Numbered from the whole stretch's first letter, positions 39,446 through 49,743 are shown. The stretch: 63,739 nt of DNA, filler included, from an uncultured Methanosarcinales archaeon (GCA_964604995.1; 3 parts of 3 records of this genome joined end to end with filler, not necessarily neighbours in it); one strand, 5' to 3'. Notes: generated by a model from the sequence alone, not told the origin. A program made the numbers and translations.

Positions 39446-39736
39446 TTAAATATAATATCCGTGGGCTTCGTAAGACCATTCAGGATGGCATAATAACACT
39501 GACTCAAGAAGTAATCTATGCTTTTGAGCTGCTTTTTGATATGTTTCAGTCAGTCGAGCAATTCCGCTCATTTTTTCAAATTCTGGACGTATGCTTTCAA
39601 TATCTTCAAATAGATCTCTAAGCGTGGAATCTTTTTCATCAATAACTGTCAATTCATAGTTATCTATGTGAATTCTCCCAATATATTTTTTTTCAACAGC
39701 AACCATTAATTCTAATAGTTTTTCTGATGGTCTCAT
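39446..39736 (-). CDS. Hypothetical protein
   Basis: 96-aa ORF with minus-strand TTATAAA about 25 nt upstream. Confidence 0.55.
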   Translation of the reverse strand: MRPSEKLLELMVAVEKKYIGRIHIDNYELTVIDEKDSTLRDLFEDIESIRPEFEKMSGIARLTETYQKAAQKHRLLLESVLLCHPEWSYEAHGYYI

Positions 39737-39892
39737 GATGGATAGTGAATTTAACTAATTTATAACTGTTACGGCCAATTATCGACTTCTCCCTTCTTTT
39801 AGTCACTTGGGGACACTGTGCTTTCTGACTTCATCCTCCCCCTTATTTAACAGTAATAAGCTATTTAAACATGAATATTTATTTAATCATAT

Positions 39893-40651
39893 ATGGTTAA
39901 TAATATAGCATTTTACACATTCTTATCCGTAGTAATTGTAAGTTTGGTGTCATTAATTGGTGTAATTTCACTTGCATTTAAGAAAAGCGAAATTGATAAA
40001 TGGTTAATTTATCTTATAAGTTTTTCAGCTGGCGCATTATTTGGGGATGCATTTATTCATTTAATGCCTGAAGCTTTGAAAAGCAACAATGCAATTACTG
40101 TCGGGCTGTATATCTTATCTGGAATTTTATTTTCACTTGCAGTTGAAAAATTTATCCATTGGAGACATTGCCATATACCAACTTCAAAGCACCATGCTCA
40201 TCCTGTTACTTATATAAGTTTAGTTGGTGATGCAACACATAATTTTATTGATGGATTAATTATTGCAGTTAGTTTTGCAATAGCAATTCCAGTTGGGATT
40301 GCTACAACTCTTGCAATTTTACTGCATGAAATCCCACACGAGATAGGAAATTTTGGAATATTGTTGTATGGTGGCTTTACAAGAAAAAAAGCAATATTGT
40401 ATAACTGCTTATCTGCACTTTTTGCGTTATTTGGTGCAGGTATTGGGTATTTGCTTAGTAATTTTAGTACTGGACTTAGTGTACTAGTTCCTTTCGCAGC
40501 TGGAAATTTTATTTATATTGCAGGCTCAGATTTGATACCTGAACTTCACAAAGGAACTTGCGAAGAGAAAACTGGATTTAAAACAATAATGAAATTTCTT
40601 GCAATTATAGCAGGCATTGCATTTATGCTTCTTCTTTTGCTGCTTGAATAA
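39893..40651 (+). CDS. ZIP-family metal transporter
   Basis: HWRHCH...HHAH loop, HNFIDG, HEIPHE, DLIPELH. Confidence 0.93.
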   Translation: MVNNIAFYTFLSVVIVSLVSLIGVISLAFKKSEIDKWLIYLISFSAGALFGDAFIHLMPEALKSNNAITVGLYILSGILFSLAVEKFIHWRHCHIPTSKHHAHPVTYISLVGDATHNFIDGLIIAVSFAIAIPVGIATTLAILLHEIPHEIGNFGILLYGGFTRKKAILYNCLSALFALFGAGIGYLLSNFSTGLSVLVPFAAGNFIYIAGSDLIPELHKGTCEEKTGFKTIMKFLAIIAGIAFMLLLLLLE

Positions 40652-40681
40652 AATATATTTAAGAAATTAAAATAATTACAA

Positions 40682-41083
40682 TTATTTAGTAGATTTCGGT
40701 TTAAAAATCATTAACAAAAGTACATAAATTGTTAATAGAATTGCTTCTACAATTGTTTGGATTTTCTTATCTGACGCACCTAAAGAAACAAAGTCAATTT
40801 TCCAAATAATCCCTATGCTAAATATTATTGCAATAATCCCCCCAATAATTATTACATTTAAAATATCAATATTTTTTTCTGGGTTTTTTGCAATTGTAAA
40901 AAAGAGAATACTTAAAATTATTGCAGCTAATGAAATAACTGTGTCGTGATAAGGAGAATATAATGCACTATCATAAAATGGGAAAATTGTTAAGCCAAAA
41001 AAATGTGCAATTGCGCCAATGAGATAATAAATTGAGCCTAAATATAATAAAATTTTCAAAACTTTTGGTTTATTAATATCCAT
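40682..41083 (-). CDS. Hypothetical 4-TM membrane protein
   Basis: Four hydrophobic segments. Confidence 0.7.
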   Translation of the reverse strand: MDINKPKVLKILLYLGSIYYLIGAIAHFFGLTIFPFYDSALYSPYHDTVISLAAIILSILFFTIAKNPEKNIDILNVIIIGGIIAIIFSIGIIWKIDFVSLGASDKKIQTIVEAILLTIYVLLLMIFKPKSTK

Positions 41084-41295
41084 AGGATTATCATAAACTA
41101 TTAAGTTAATAAAATTTTGCAGTGACTATAGACACTTTAAACATTAGATTATAAACAGACTCAATAAAATCAATATCAATAAAATTTACTGTTTCTAAAT
41201 TAGTTCTTTGTCATTTGGGGAATTATTGCACATGTAGAACTATTCTTGGCTTGCATAGGTTAAATTGAATTTATCCTTTCTAAACTAGGCGATTG

Positions 41296-41310
41296 CGAAA
41301 TATTTAAATA
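41296..41310 (+). promoter_or_regulatory. BRE-TATA promoter of the hydrogenase operon (CGAAATATTTAAATA)
   Basis: Same BRE/TATA pattern as other promoters in the window, about 55 nt before the TTG start. Confidence 0.55.
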
Positions 41311-41362
41311 AGCATGATGCGAAATTTAAGGTAGATTGATTGAAAAAATTGGTGAGGGATTA

Positions 41363-42391
41363 TTGTATGCAATTAGCTTTGCTAACTTCAATAGTTTTGT
41401 AGATGAACTTGTAAAATCATCGGATGTTTATGGACCAATTAAGAAAAAGGTTAGTTCTTATGAAAAATTAAATTCATCTAAAGAGCTTTTTTTTGAAACA
41501 CTGCCTGAATATACTGCAAAAGGATTATTCTTTAAGCCCAAAGAGATGATTTTAGGAATTGATAATGGCAAAATAATTGTTCCAAAATTCTTAAAAGAAG
41601 AGCAAAAAAGAAAAGTGCTTTTAGGACTCAGATTATGTGAACTTGCTGCAATAAACAAACAAGATACTGCTTTTGGAAAAGGAGTTGGTGGAGCTGATCC
41701 TTATTACAAAAAAAGAAGATCAAATACTTTGCTTTTTGGTTATCATCAAAAAGAATGTGGAGATAAATGGTGCTTTTGCCAATCAGTTGATTTAGATTAT
41801 AGTTTTGATTTGATGTTTTATAAAAGAGTAGACCATTATTTAATTGAAGTTGGAACACAGGCTGGATTAAATGTAATTAAAGAATTCGGTAAGTATTTTG
41901 ATAATAGCAGTTATGTTTTAACATCTGAAGATAAAAAAATTGAAAATCAACTAAAATTAGATTCTTTGCAAATAGATTCAATTTATGAAAATCAGCTTTG
42001 GCAAACGCTTTCTGATGAATGTTTATCTTGTGGAGTTTGCAATGCACTTTGCCCAACTTGCTACTGCTTTGAATTTAAAGAAAGTAAAATTAGTAGTAAT
42101 GTTAAAAAAGGAAAAAGTGGTGGAGATAAATTTGAAAAAACAAGATGGCCATCTGAATGTCAGCTAGAAGCATTCACAAGAGTTGCAGGGGGCCACATCT
42201 TTAGATCAAAAAAAATTGATAAATTCAAACATAGGATTTACCACCAATTAAAATATTTCAAAGACAAAACAGGAAAAACACTTTGTGTTGGTTGTGGAAG
42301 ATGCATTAGGCATTGTCCAACAAAAATTGATTTTGTTTCAGGGATAAATAAAATGCTAAAGGAGAATTTATTAAAAAAAGAGGAAAAATAA
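41363..42391 (+). CDS. hydB: Group 3b [NiFe]-hydrogenase/sulfhydrogenase beta subunit (4Fe-4S)
   Basis: DPYYKKRR, CFC, CLSCGVCNALCPTCYCF, CVGCGRCIRHCP; TTG after SD GGTGAGG. Confidence 0.9.
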   Translation: MYAISFANFNSFVDELVKSSDVYGPIKKKVSSYEKLNSSKELFFETLPEYTAKGLFFKPKEMILGIDNGKIIVPKFLKEEQKRKVLLGLRLCELAAINKQDTAFGKGVGGADPYYKKRRSNTLLFGYHQKECGDKWCFCQSVDLDYSFDLMFYKRVDHYLIEVGTQAGLNVIKEFGKYFDNSSYVLTSEDKKIENQLKLDSLQIDSIYENQLWQTLSDECLSCGVCNALCPTCYCFEFKESKISSNVKKGKSGGDKFEKTRWPSECQLEAFTRVAGGHIFRSKKIDKFKHRIYHQLKYFKDKTGKTLCVGCGRCIRHCPTKIDFVSGINKMLKENLLKKEEK

Positions 42392-43246
42392 ATGTTACAA
42401 GATAGTTTACCCGAGGATTTGAAAAGTGAAGAAACTATAAATCCTTACCTGCCTAAAAAAGTCAAAGTAATTGAATATTTTAGAGAGTCACATGATAATT
42501 TTTCAATAATTGTAGATTTTAAATGTAATCATGAACCTGGTCAATATGTAATGGTAAGTTTACCAGGAATTGGTGAGGCACCAATTTCAATTTGTTCTTA
42601 TTCGTCTAAACATTTAAAGTTAAATATTAGAGAAGTGGGTTCTGTTACATTTGCTCTTGGAAAATTAAAAGAAGGGGATTTTTTGTTTGTAAGGGGCCCT
42701 TATGGAAAAGGATATCCTATGAAAAATTTAGAAGGTCAAAATATTCTTATGATTGGTGGTGGATGCGGAGTTGCACCTCTAAAAGGGATTATTGATTATT
42801 TGGAACAAAATAGATTAAAGTACAAAGATATTGATTTGTATTTTGGTTACAGATCAGTGCATGATGTACTATTTACAAGAGAAATTGAGAGCTGGAAAAA
42901 GAATTTTAATATGATGCTATCAATTGACCAAGCAACAGATATAGAAGCAAAAAGTCCAAGTTGCTACGATGCAAAAGTTGGTTTTGTTACAAATCATTTT
43001 GAATCATCACCCATAACTTTCGAGAATAGAGTAGCATTTATTTGCGGTCCACCTAAGATGATGGAACTTGCAGTTGGAATTTTAAAAAAGAAAGGATTCA
43101 AATCAGAGCAGATTTATGTCAGTACAGAACGATTGATGCAGTGTTCACTTGGAAAATGTGGACATTGCATGATAAGAGGTAAATATGTATGCACCGATGG
43201 ACCTGTTTTTAGATATGATGAAATTGAGAGTTATAAAAATGATTAA
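42392..43246 (+). CDS. hydG: Group 3b hydrogenase gamma subunit (FAD/NAD(P), 2Fe-2S)
   Basis: PGQYVM, GEAPISI, RGPYGKG, GGGCGVAP, CGPP, CSLGKCGHC...CTDGP. Confidence 0.92.
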   Translation: MLQDSLPEDLKSEETINPYLPKKVKVIEYFRESHDNFSIIVDFKCNHEPGQYVMVSLPGIGEAPISICSYSSKHLKLNIREVGSVTFALGKLKEGDFLFVRGPYGKGYPMKNLEGQNILMIGGGCGVAPLKGIIDYLEQNRLKYKDIDLYFGYRSVHDVLFTREIESWKKNFNMMLSIDQATDIEAKSPSCYDAKVGFVTNHFESSPITFENRVAFICGPPKMMELAVGILKKKGFKSEQIYVSTERLMQCSLGKCGHCMIRGKYVCTDGPVFRYDEIESYKND

Positions 43247-43280
43247 AATAATTGAATAATTAAAATAATCAACACAAAAA

Positions 43281-44270
43281 ATGGTAAAAAAAATTAAAAA
43301 GAAAGGAGTAATGGAAAAAGAATTAAGTAAAAATAAGATAGTTAACACTAACTCCAAAATAAAATTAAAAAAACAAGCAGTACAAAAATCAAAAATTAAA
43401 TCACATAAAAAAACAACTGCCAAAAAAATAGTTAAAAAAATAATTACTAACAAGATAGTTCCTATCAAAAAAGAGAATATTAATCAAAAACCAAAACTTA
43501 AAGTTGGATTTTATGGTATAACTGGCTGTGCTGGATGTTTGCTTTCTGTAATTTTCAATGAAGATGATTTAGTTGATCTTATTCAAAAAATTGATATCAA
43601 AAGTTTTCCTTTTATTAAAGAAACTGATTACAAAGAGCATCTTGATATAATATTTTTAGAAGGAGTTGTTGCAAATAATCATGATCTTGAAACATTAAAA
43701 AGATTAAGAGAACAATGTGATATTCTTGTTGCAATGGGCGCTTGCGCAACACTTGGTGGAACTCCTGCTCTAAGAAATTTTGAAAATCCAATGAATTTTA
43801 AGAATTTGCAGTACCATAAAGCAATTGAAATAGCAGATTTAGATCCAAAGCCAGTTGAGGAATTTGTAAAAGTTGATTATTATATTCAAGGATGCCCGCC
43901 TGATAAAAAAGAAATTTTAAGTGTAATTAATGATTTGGTACTTGGAAAAAAACCGTATATGTATTCAAAGCCAGTTTGTATTGAATGTAGAAGAAATAAG
44001 AATCCATGTTTATTGCAACAAGGAAAAGCTTGTCTTGGACCGATTACCAAAGGCGGATGCAATGCAGTTTGTGTGAATAATGGATTAGTGTGCTGGGGAT
44101 GCAGAGGGCCCACACCTGGACCTAGTGGAAATTTCAAACTTATGATTAAAATACTAAAAAGCAAAGGCTTTGATGAGAATTTTATAAAATCAAGAATCAA
44201 CACATTTGAAGGATGGAAATTAAAAGAAGAATTGGAGAAGGAGGATATGACCCATGGACCGAGCAATTGA
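43281..44270 (+). CDS. hydD: Group 3b hydrogenase small (delta) subunit with Lys-rich N-terminal extension
   Basis: TGCAGC, EG, GACA, GCPP, CIEC...CL...CLGP...GC.A.C...CWGCRG. Confidence 0.92.
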   Translation: MVKKIKKKGVMEKELSKNKIVNTNSKIKLKKQAVQKSKIKSHKKTTAKKIVKKIITNKIVPIKKENINQKPKLKVGFYGITGCAGCLLSVIFNEDDLVDLIQKIDIKSFPFIKETDYKEHLDIIFLEGVVANNHDLETLKRLREQCDILVAMGACATLGGTPALRNFENPMNFKNLQYHKAIEIADLDPKPVEEFVKVDYYIQGCPPDKKEILSVINDLVLGKKPYMYSKPVCIECRRNKNPCLLQQGKACLGPITKGGCNAVCVNNGLVCWGCRGPTPGPSGNFKLMIKILKSKGFDENFIKSRINTFEGWKLKEELEKEDMTHGPSN

Positions 44271-45576
44271 GCTAAATACTGTAACCAAAGTTGAAGGACA
44301 TGCTAAATTGCTTTTGAATATAGATGAACAAAATAATATCAAAAAGTGCGAGCTTGAATCAATTGAAGGCTCAAGATATTTTGAAGGAATGTTAAAAGGT
44401 AGACAATATTTTGAAGCGCCCGAGATTACATCAAGAATTTGCGGAATATGTAGTTGTGCGCATGTTGCTTCATCAATAAAAGCTGTTGAGAAAGCATTAG
44501 GAATTGAAGTTAGTTTGCAAACAAAAACATTAAGAGAGATTTTTACAGTTGGAGAAAGAATAAGGAGCCATATAACCCATATGTATTTTCTTTCTTTACC
44601 AGATTATTTAGGTGTTGAATCTGGAATGGATTTAGCAATTACACATAAAGAAGAAGTTTTGCGAGCACTTCGATTAATGAAACTTGGAAATGATATAATA
44701 ACAATGTTTACTGGAAGAGATTTGCATCCAGTAAGCCCAACAATTGGTGGATTTTTGCATTTACCTAGCCAAGAACAAATTGATAATGTTGTTAAAAGGC
44801 TAAAAGACTCATTACCTGATGCATTAGCTGCTGCAAGATTGTTCATTGGATTAAAATATCCTAAGTTTGAAATGAAAGGGCAATTTTGTTCATTAGTAGC
44901 TGAGGGAGATTATCCAATAATGGGCGGCTCAATTAATTGTTCAATTGATGATTCGGGAGGGCATACTTTTTCAGAAGAAAGATTTAATGAATTTTTTAAA
45001 GAATACCATGAAGAACGTTCAACTGCCAATTTTGTTGTTAAAGATGGAAAATCTTATGCTGTTGGTGCATTATCTAGACTAAATAATAATTATGAATATT
45101 TACAACCCCAAGCAAAAATGCTTTTAGAAGAAGCTAAAATAAAATCCAAACTTAAACTTCCTTCGCACAATCCATTTTACATAACACTTGCGCAAGCAAT
45201 TGAAACTGTGCATTTCATAGAAAAAGCAATTTCAACTCTTGAAAATTTTAAAGTTGTAGATGAAGAACCCACTGCAATAAAAGTAAAAGCAGGAAGTGGA
45301 ATTGGTATAATTGAAGTTCCACGAGGAATGCTTATGCATGAATACGACATTGATGAAAATGGATTTATTACAAGAGCTAATATTGTAACACCAACTGCAC
45401 AAAATCTTAGGATGATAGAAGATAGTATCAGAGCATTTTTACCGCAAGTATTAAAATTAAAAAATGAGGAGATTGTAAAGGAAGTAGAAAAATTGATTAG
45501 ATCTTATGATCCTTGTTTTTCATGCTCAACACATTTTTTGGATGTAACATTTGTTGGACCAAGAGCAGATAAATAA
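44254..45576 (+). CDS. hydA: Group 3b [NiFe]-hydrogenase large (alpha) subunit
   Basis: KVEGH, L1 RICGICSCAH, EVPRG, PTAQN, L2 DPCFSCSTH followed by a cleavable 13-aa tail. Confidence 0.95.
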   Translation: MDRAIELNTVTKVEGHAKLLLNIDEQNNIKKCELESIEGSRYFEGMLKGRQYFEAPEITSRICGICSCAHVASSIKAVEKALGIEVSLQTKTLREIFTVGERIRSHITHMYFLSLPDYLGVESGMDLAITHKEEVLRALRLMKLGNDIITMFTGRDLHPVSPTIGGFLHLPSQEQIDNVVKRLKDSLPDALAAARLFIGLKYPKFEMKGQFCSLVAEGDYPIMGGSINCSIDDSGGHTFSEERFNEFFKEYHEERSTANFVVKDGKSYAVGALSRLNNNYEYLQPQAKMLLEEAKIKSKLKLPSHNPFYITLAQAIETVHFIEKAISTLENFKVVDEEPTAIKVKAGSGIGIIEVPRGMLMHEYDIDENGFITRANIVTPTAQNLRMIEDSIRAFLPQVLKLKNEEIVKEVEKLIRSYDPCFSCSTHFLDVTFVGPRADK

Positions 45577-45613
45577 TGATAATAATTGGATTGTAATTTA
45601 ATTGGTGAAAATT

Positions 45614-45991
45614 ATGCATGAACATGCAATAGCAAAAGTAATAATAAAAAATGCATTCGAACATGCATTAAAATTATCAAGCAATAAAAATTCAAAAAAA
45701 TCAATTTTAAAAAAAATTGTAGTTGAGTGTGGGCAGCTAGCTGAACTTCCGTGCGAAGATTTAAAAATTGCTTTGATTGATGAAATAAAATTAAGTGAAT
45801 ATAAAAATATTGATTTAGAAATAATTGAAAGCAAAGCTAAAGTTAACTGTGAAAAATGTAATTTTATTGGAGAGCCTAAAATTGCAATGCATTCGCATGA
45901 TGTTAATGTATTTTTTTGTCCAAAATGTGGGAGTGTTCCAAAAATTTTAGAAGGAAATGTGATTAAACTTAAAAGTATAATAGTAGAATAA
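45614..45991 (+). CDS. hypA: Hydrogenase nickel metallochaperone HypA
   Basis: MHE N-terminus after SD GGTGA; CEKC and CPKC. Confidence 0.9.
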   Translation: MHEHAIAKVIIKNAFEHALKLSSNKNSKKSILKKIVVECGQLAELPCEDLKIALIDEIKLSEYKNIDLEIIESKAKVNCEKCNFIGEPKIAMHSHDVNVFFCPKCGSVPKILEGNVIKLKSIIVE

Positions 45992-46057
45992 ACTTAAAAA
46001 AATAGTAATAAAAAATATTAAGAAAACTAAAGAAGTATAAATTTAGAGGGTGAAATT

Positions 46058-47020
46058 ATGATTAACTTGATAAAAAATTCAAAAATCAATAAAAATACAT
46101 TTGTAAAAAATGGAATATTGCTAGCATTTGCAACAGCGATAATATCTGGAATATCCATTTTTATCAATAGTTTTGCTGTAAAAGGCTTTGATTCAACAAT
46201 TTTCACCTTCTCAAAAAATATTGTTGTCGCATTGTTTCTATTCTGTGTAATTTTAGGAGTTAATCAATTAAATGAATTAAAAAAATTAAACAAAAAAGAG
46301 TGGGGGCAATTAGCTTTAATAGGTTTTATTGGCGGATCAATACCTTTTGTTTTATTTTTCAAAGGATTGCAAATGACAACTGGGCAAACAGCAGGATTTA
46401 TACATAAATCATTATTTATATTTGTAACAATAATTGCAATAATCTTCTTGAAGGAAAAATTAACTAAATGGCTTTTTTTAGGATGCACTTTACTCTTAGT
46501 TGGAAATTATTTTATGATTAAACCTGATTTTGTTTTTTCAACTGGACATTTATTTATAATTGGTGCAGTTTTACTTTGGGCAGTAGAAAATGTGTATTCA
46601 AAAAAAGTATTGAAATCAAATAAAATGAATGGAAATATTGTTGCTTTTGGAAGGATGTTTTTTGGCTCTATTTTTATTTTAGGTTATATTTTTGCAACTG
46701 ATAAACAAGGATTAATTAGCAGCATGAATATTGCACAATGGCAATGGGTTGGATTAACTTCAGGATTATTGTTTTTGTATGTATTAACTTATTATAATTC
46801 ATTAAAATATATTGAAGTTAGTACTGCTGCCAGTATACTTGCAATAGGTGCACCAATAACAACAGTTCTTGCTTTAATTTTTAATGGAATAGCAATTAGT
46901 ATTATGCAAGCATTAGGAATAGTATTTATTGTATTTGGAGTTATGTGCATTGCTTTTTTTCCAGGTATTGGTGAAAAGTTGAGCAAGAATTTAGGTGCGA
47001 GTAATCATGAAAGGAATTGA
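46058..47020 (+). CDS. DMT/EamA-family transporter
   Basis: Ten TM segments in two EamA repeats (FLKEKL motif). Confidence 0.88.
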   Translation: MINLIKNSKINKNTFVKNGILLAFATAIISGISIFINSFAVKGFDSTIFTFSKNIVVALFLFCVILGVNQLNELKKLNKKEWGQLALIGFIGGSIPFVLFFKGLQMTTGQTAGFIHKSLFIFVTIIAIIFLKEKLTKWLFLGCTLLLVGNYFMIKPDFVFSTGHLFIIGAVLLWAVENVYSKKVLKSNKMNGNIVAFGRMFFGSIFILGYIFATDKQGLISSMNIAQWQWVGLTSGLLFLYVLTYYNSLKYIEVSTAASILAIGAPITTVLALIFNGIAISIMQALGIVFIVFGVMCIAFFPGIGEKLSKNLGASNHERN

Positions 47021-47822
47021 ATTGGCACTTAGATTTTCCTATATGCCAAATGCCTTGCAGTATTGTGGGCCAAAGGTTGCACACAGTAATTTCTTGAAAT
47101 ATATATCCAATAGTTCTAACACCAAAACATTTAATCCTAAAGACAAAGAAAAACTTAAAGGTAAAATAAAGAATAATCTTAAAAATTTTGAAGCATTGTA
47201 TCCTTATTTATCTGCCATTGCGAAAAAATCTAAAAAAGATTATTCTGATTATAAAGTTGTTGAAGCTTATTGGATAGGAAATAAAATTCTTGAAAAATTT
47301 AGTAAAAAAGATATGGCAAGAATTATATTTGAGCTTGGAAAAAAAGGATTACCAAAAATAATTGCAAAAAAAACAATTGAAAATTTAAAAGAAGGATTTG
47401 TTCCACACCACAATTTTAATGTTGGTTTTGTTGGAGTTGGTCAAGTTTCTGGTTCAGTACCTACAACTCTTAAAAATATGAATAATTGTATGATACTTCC
47501 TGCTAAAATTTTAAAAATTGAAAAAAGCCTAAAAAATAATGATGATAATAAGAAAGAAGAAAACAATTTGATTGTGAGTAGAGTTCTACTCGAGAGAGAA
47601 AATGGAAAATATAAATTAACAAAAAATGATATGAACAATAAAAAGAACAATACTCACAAAATAAAAGTTAAATTTTTGCCTAATTTGTTTAAAAAAATAA
47701 AAGTAGGTGATACTGTTGCAATTCATTGGAATTTTGCAGCAAAAATTTTAACAAATAAAGAAGAGAAAAATTTATTGAAATATACCAATCAAATTTTGGA
47801 AACAATTAATTCAAAAAAATGA
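47007..47822 (+). CDS. DUF6390-like protein with a HypC-like C-terminal barrel
   Basis: RFSYMPNALQYCGP, FEALYPYL, VVEAYWIGN, PHHNF, NNCMILPAKI...VGDTVAIHWNFA. Confidence 0.75.
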   Translation: MKGIELALRFSYMPNALQYCGPKVAHSNFLKYISNSSNTKTFNPKDKEKLKGKIKNNLKNFEALYPYLSAIAKKSKKDYSDYKVVEAYWIGNKILEKFSKKDMARIIFELGKKGLPKIIAKKTIENLKEGFVPHHNFNVGFVGVGQVSGSVPTTLKNMNNCMILPAKILKIEKSLKNNDDNKKEENNLIVSRVLLERENGKYKLTKNDMNNKKNNTHKIKVKFLPNLFKKIKVGDTVAIHWNFAAKILTNKEEKNLLKYTNQILETINSKK

Positions 47823-47851
47823 TTTAAACATTGAGACTTTCAAGTATTAAG

Positions 47852-48067
47852 TTACTGATTTTTACTAAACATAGAAATAAATTCTTTTGCTTTTTTTTCT
47901 GGGACTTTTTCAATTACAACTTTACCCATAACAATTACATAATCACCGACTAAATAATTTATTTCTGAGGGCATAACTATTCTGGCTTTTCTTGTTTCGC
48001 TGCCATAATCTATTGTTGCAATTTCATTTTTTATATTTGTTATTTTTCCGGGATAGGCAAGGCACAT
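47852..48067 (-). CDS. hypC: HypC/HybG-family chaperone
   Basis: MCLAYPGKI...VGDYVIV; 71 aa. Confidence 0.88.
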   Translation of the reverse strand: MCLAYPGKITNIKNEIATIDYGSETRKARIVMPSEINYLVGDYVIVMGKVVIEKVPEKKAKEFISMFSKNQ

Positions 48068-48134
48068 TTTACACCAACAATATTTACAAAATATATAAAA
48101 TATAATTATTTACAACTTTTTTGTGATACAATTA

Positions 48135-48530
48135 CTATTTAATATTTTTTATAATTGAAACAACTTCTTCTTTAAATTTTTCAGTATCTTGATCATTAGG
48201 CAAAGCAACAATTGGAACACTTTTGATTTCACCCAAATTTTTTAGCACTTTAAGAAATGCTGCAAGATCCATGTCGTGTGTTGTTACTTTTTTTCCATAA
48301 TTTATTGAGTCTAGGTTTGTTATTAAGGTAGGCTTTGAAATTCCTTTTGCGACATCTAAGATGATAAAATCTGTACCAATAAAATCCAATATCTGCTCAG
48401 GACGAGAAATTTTAAATATAATGTATTCCAATTCTGAAAGCTGGGTTTTTAGATAAGCAATTAATTTTATTGCACCATTATCATATTCCAAATCTTCCTC
48501 TCCAAATACCAGAATTTTTTTTATTGCCAT
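48135..48530 (-). CDS. Hydrogenase maturation protease-like protein
   Basis: VFGEEDLEYD, IILDVAKG, TTHD pattern of the HycI/HybD fold; inside the hydrogenase cluster. Confidence 0.7.
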   Translation of the reverse strand: MAIKKILVFGEEDLEYDNGAIKLIAYLKTQLSELEYIIFKISRPEQILDFIGTDFIILDVAKGISKPTLITNLDSINYGKKVTTHDMDLAAFLKVLKNLGEIKSVPIVALPNDQDTEKFKEEVVSIIKNIK

Positions 48531-48659
48531 TTTGTTACAACTTTATTTTCTTTAAAGAGAATATAAGGGTGAGGAGTATATAATCTTTGTTAAGAATTGT
48601 ATTGATTTTTTAAGAGTTGTAACAAAATGTTTATATAGTCAAATTACAGAAGTTAATTT

Positions 48660-49688
48660 ATGGACTTTAGAAAAAACTTACATCACATAAGAACTAAAGG
48701 AATGATTCTTAGAAAAGATTTTATTGATAGGATTATTTTGCATGCAAAAAAAGCGCAAAAAACAATAGTTTACATTGAACCTGAAGACGATAGAATTTTA
48801 CATGCAACTGATCAAATATTGAAAAAAAAGATTGCCAAAATAATGATAATAGGAAATCCTTTGTTCATCCATTCAAGAATTAAACACTTAAAGTTAACAT
48901 GTCCTAATTTGATAATATTGGATATTGCAAATCCGCCATTAGATTTTTCTTTAGCGTTATATGAACTTCGTAAAGATAAGGGCATTAGCATGGATGAAGC
49001 AAAAAAACTTCTCAAAGAACCTATTTATTATGCAATGATGATGCTAAAAAAAGGATTGATTGATGGTGTTGTTTCGGGAGTTGCACACTCTACTGCACAT
49101 ACATTTAGACCAGCACTTCAAATTATTAAAACAAAGCCTAACATAAAAACTGCATCTTCCTATTTTATTATAAGTTTAAAAGAAAAAGAGCTTTTTTTTG
49201 CTGATTGTTCGATGAATATTGATCCTGATGCAGATAAATTGGCAGATATTGCAATTAGCACTGCAGATTCAGCAACTTTACTTGGATTAAAACCCAAAGT
49301 TGCAATGCTTTCTTTTTCAACTAAAGGCTCTGGCGAACATGAAAGTTTAGAGAAAGTAAAAAAGGCAGTAGAAATTGTAAAAGGAAGACGCAAAGATATA
49401 ATTATTGATGGCGAGATGCAAGTTGATGCAGCTATTGTCCCATGGGTTGCTAAATTAAAATGCCCAGATTCACCTGTAAAAGGAGAAGCTAATGTTTTGA
49501 TTTTTCCAGATTTAAATAGTGGGAATATATCTTATAAAATTGCTAATTGGTTAGGAGATGCTATGGCAATTGGCCCAATTGCGCAAGGATTGGATAAACC
49601 AGTAAATGATTTGAGTAGAGGCGCGACAGTAAAAGAGATAGTTTTAGTTACTGCAGTTACAGCTTTGCAAGCACAAAGTAAAAAATAA
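48660..49688 (+). CDS. pta: Phosphate acetyltransferase
   Basis: FADC, VAMLSFSTKGS, DGEMQVDAA, FPDLNSGNISYK, PVNDLSRGA. Confidence 0.95.
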   Translation: MDFRKNLHHIRTKGMILRKDFIDRIILHAKKAQKTIVYIEPEDDRILHATDQILKKKIAKIMIIGNPLFIHSRIKHLKLTCPNLIILDIANPPLDFSLALYELRKDKGISMDEAKKLLKEPIYYAMMMLKKGLIDGVVSGVAHSTAHTFRPALQIIKTKPNIKTASSYFIISLKEKELFFADCSMNIDPDADKLADIAISTADSATLLGLKPKVAMLSFSTKGSGEHESLEKVKKAVEIVKGRRKDIIIDGEMQVDAAIVPWVAKLKCPDSPVKGEANVLIFPDLNSGNISYKIANWLGDAMAIGPIAQGLDKPVNDLSRGATVKEIVLVTAVTALQAQSKK

Positions 49689-49743
49689 AAAAAGAAAATC
49701 GAATTAGGTAATATAAGAGAAAAGAAAAAATAAATGAAGAAAA

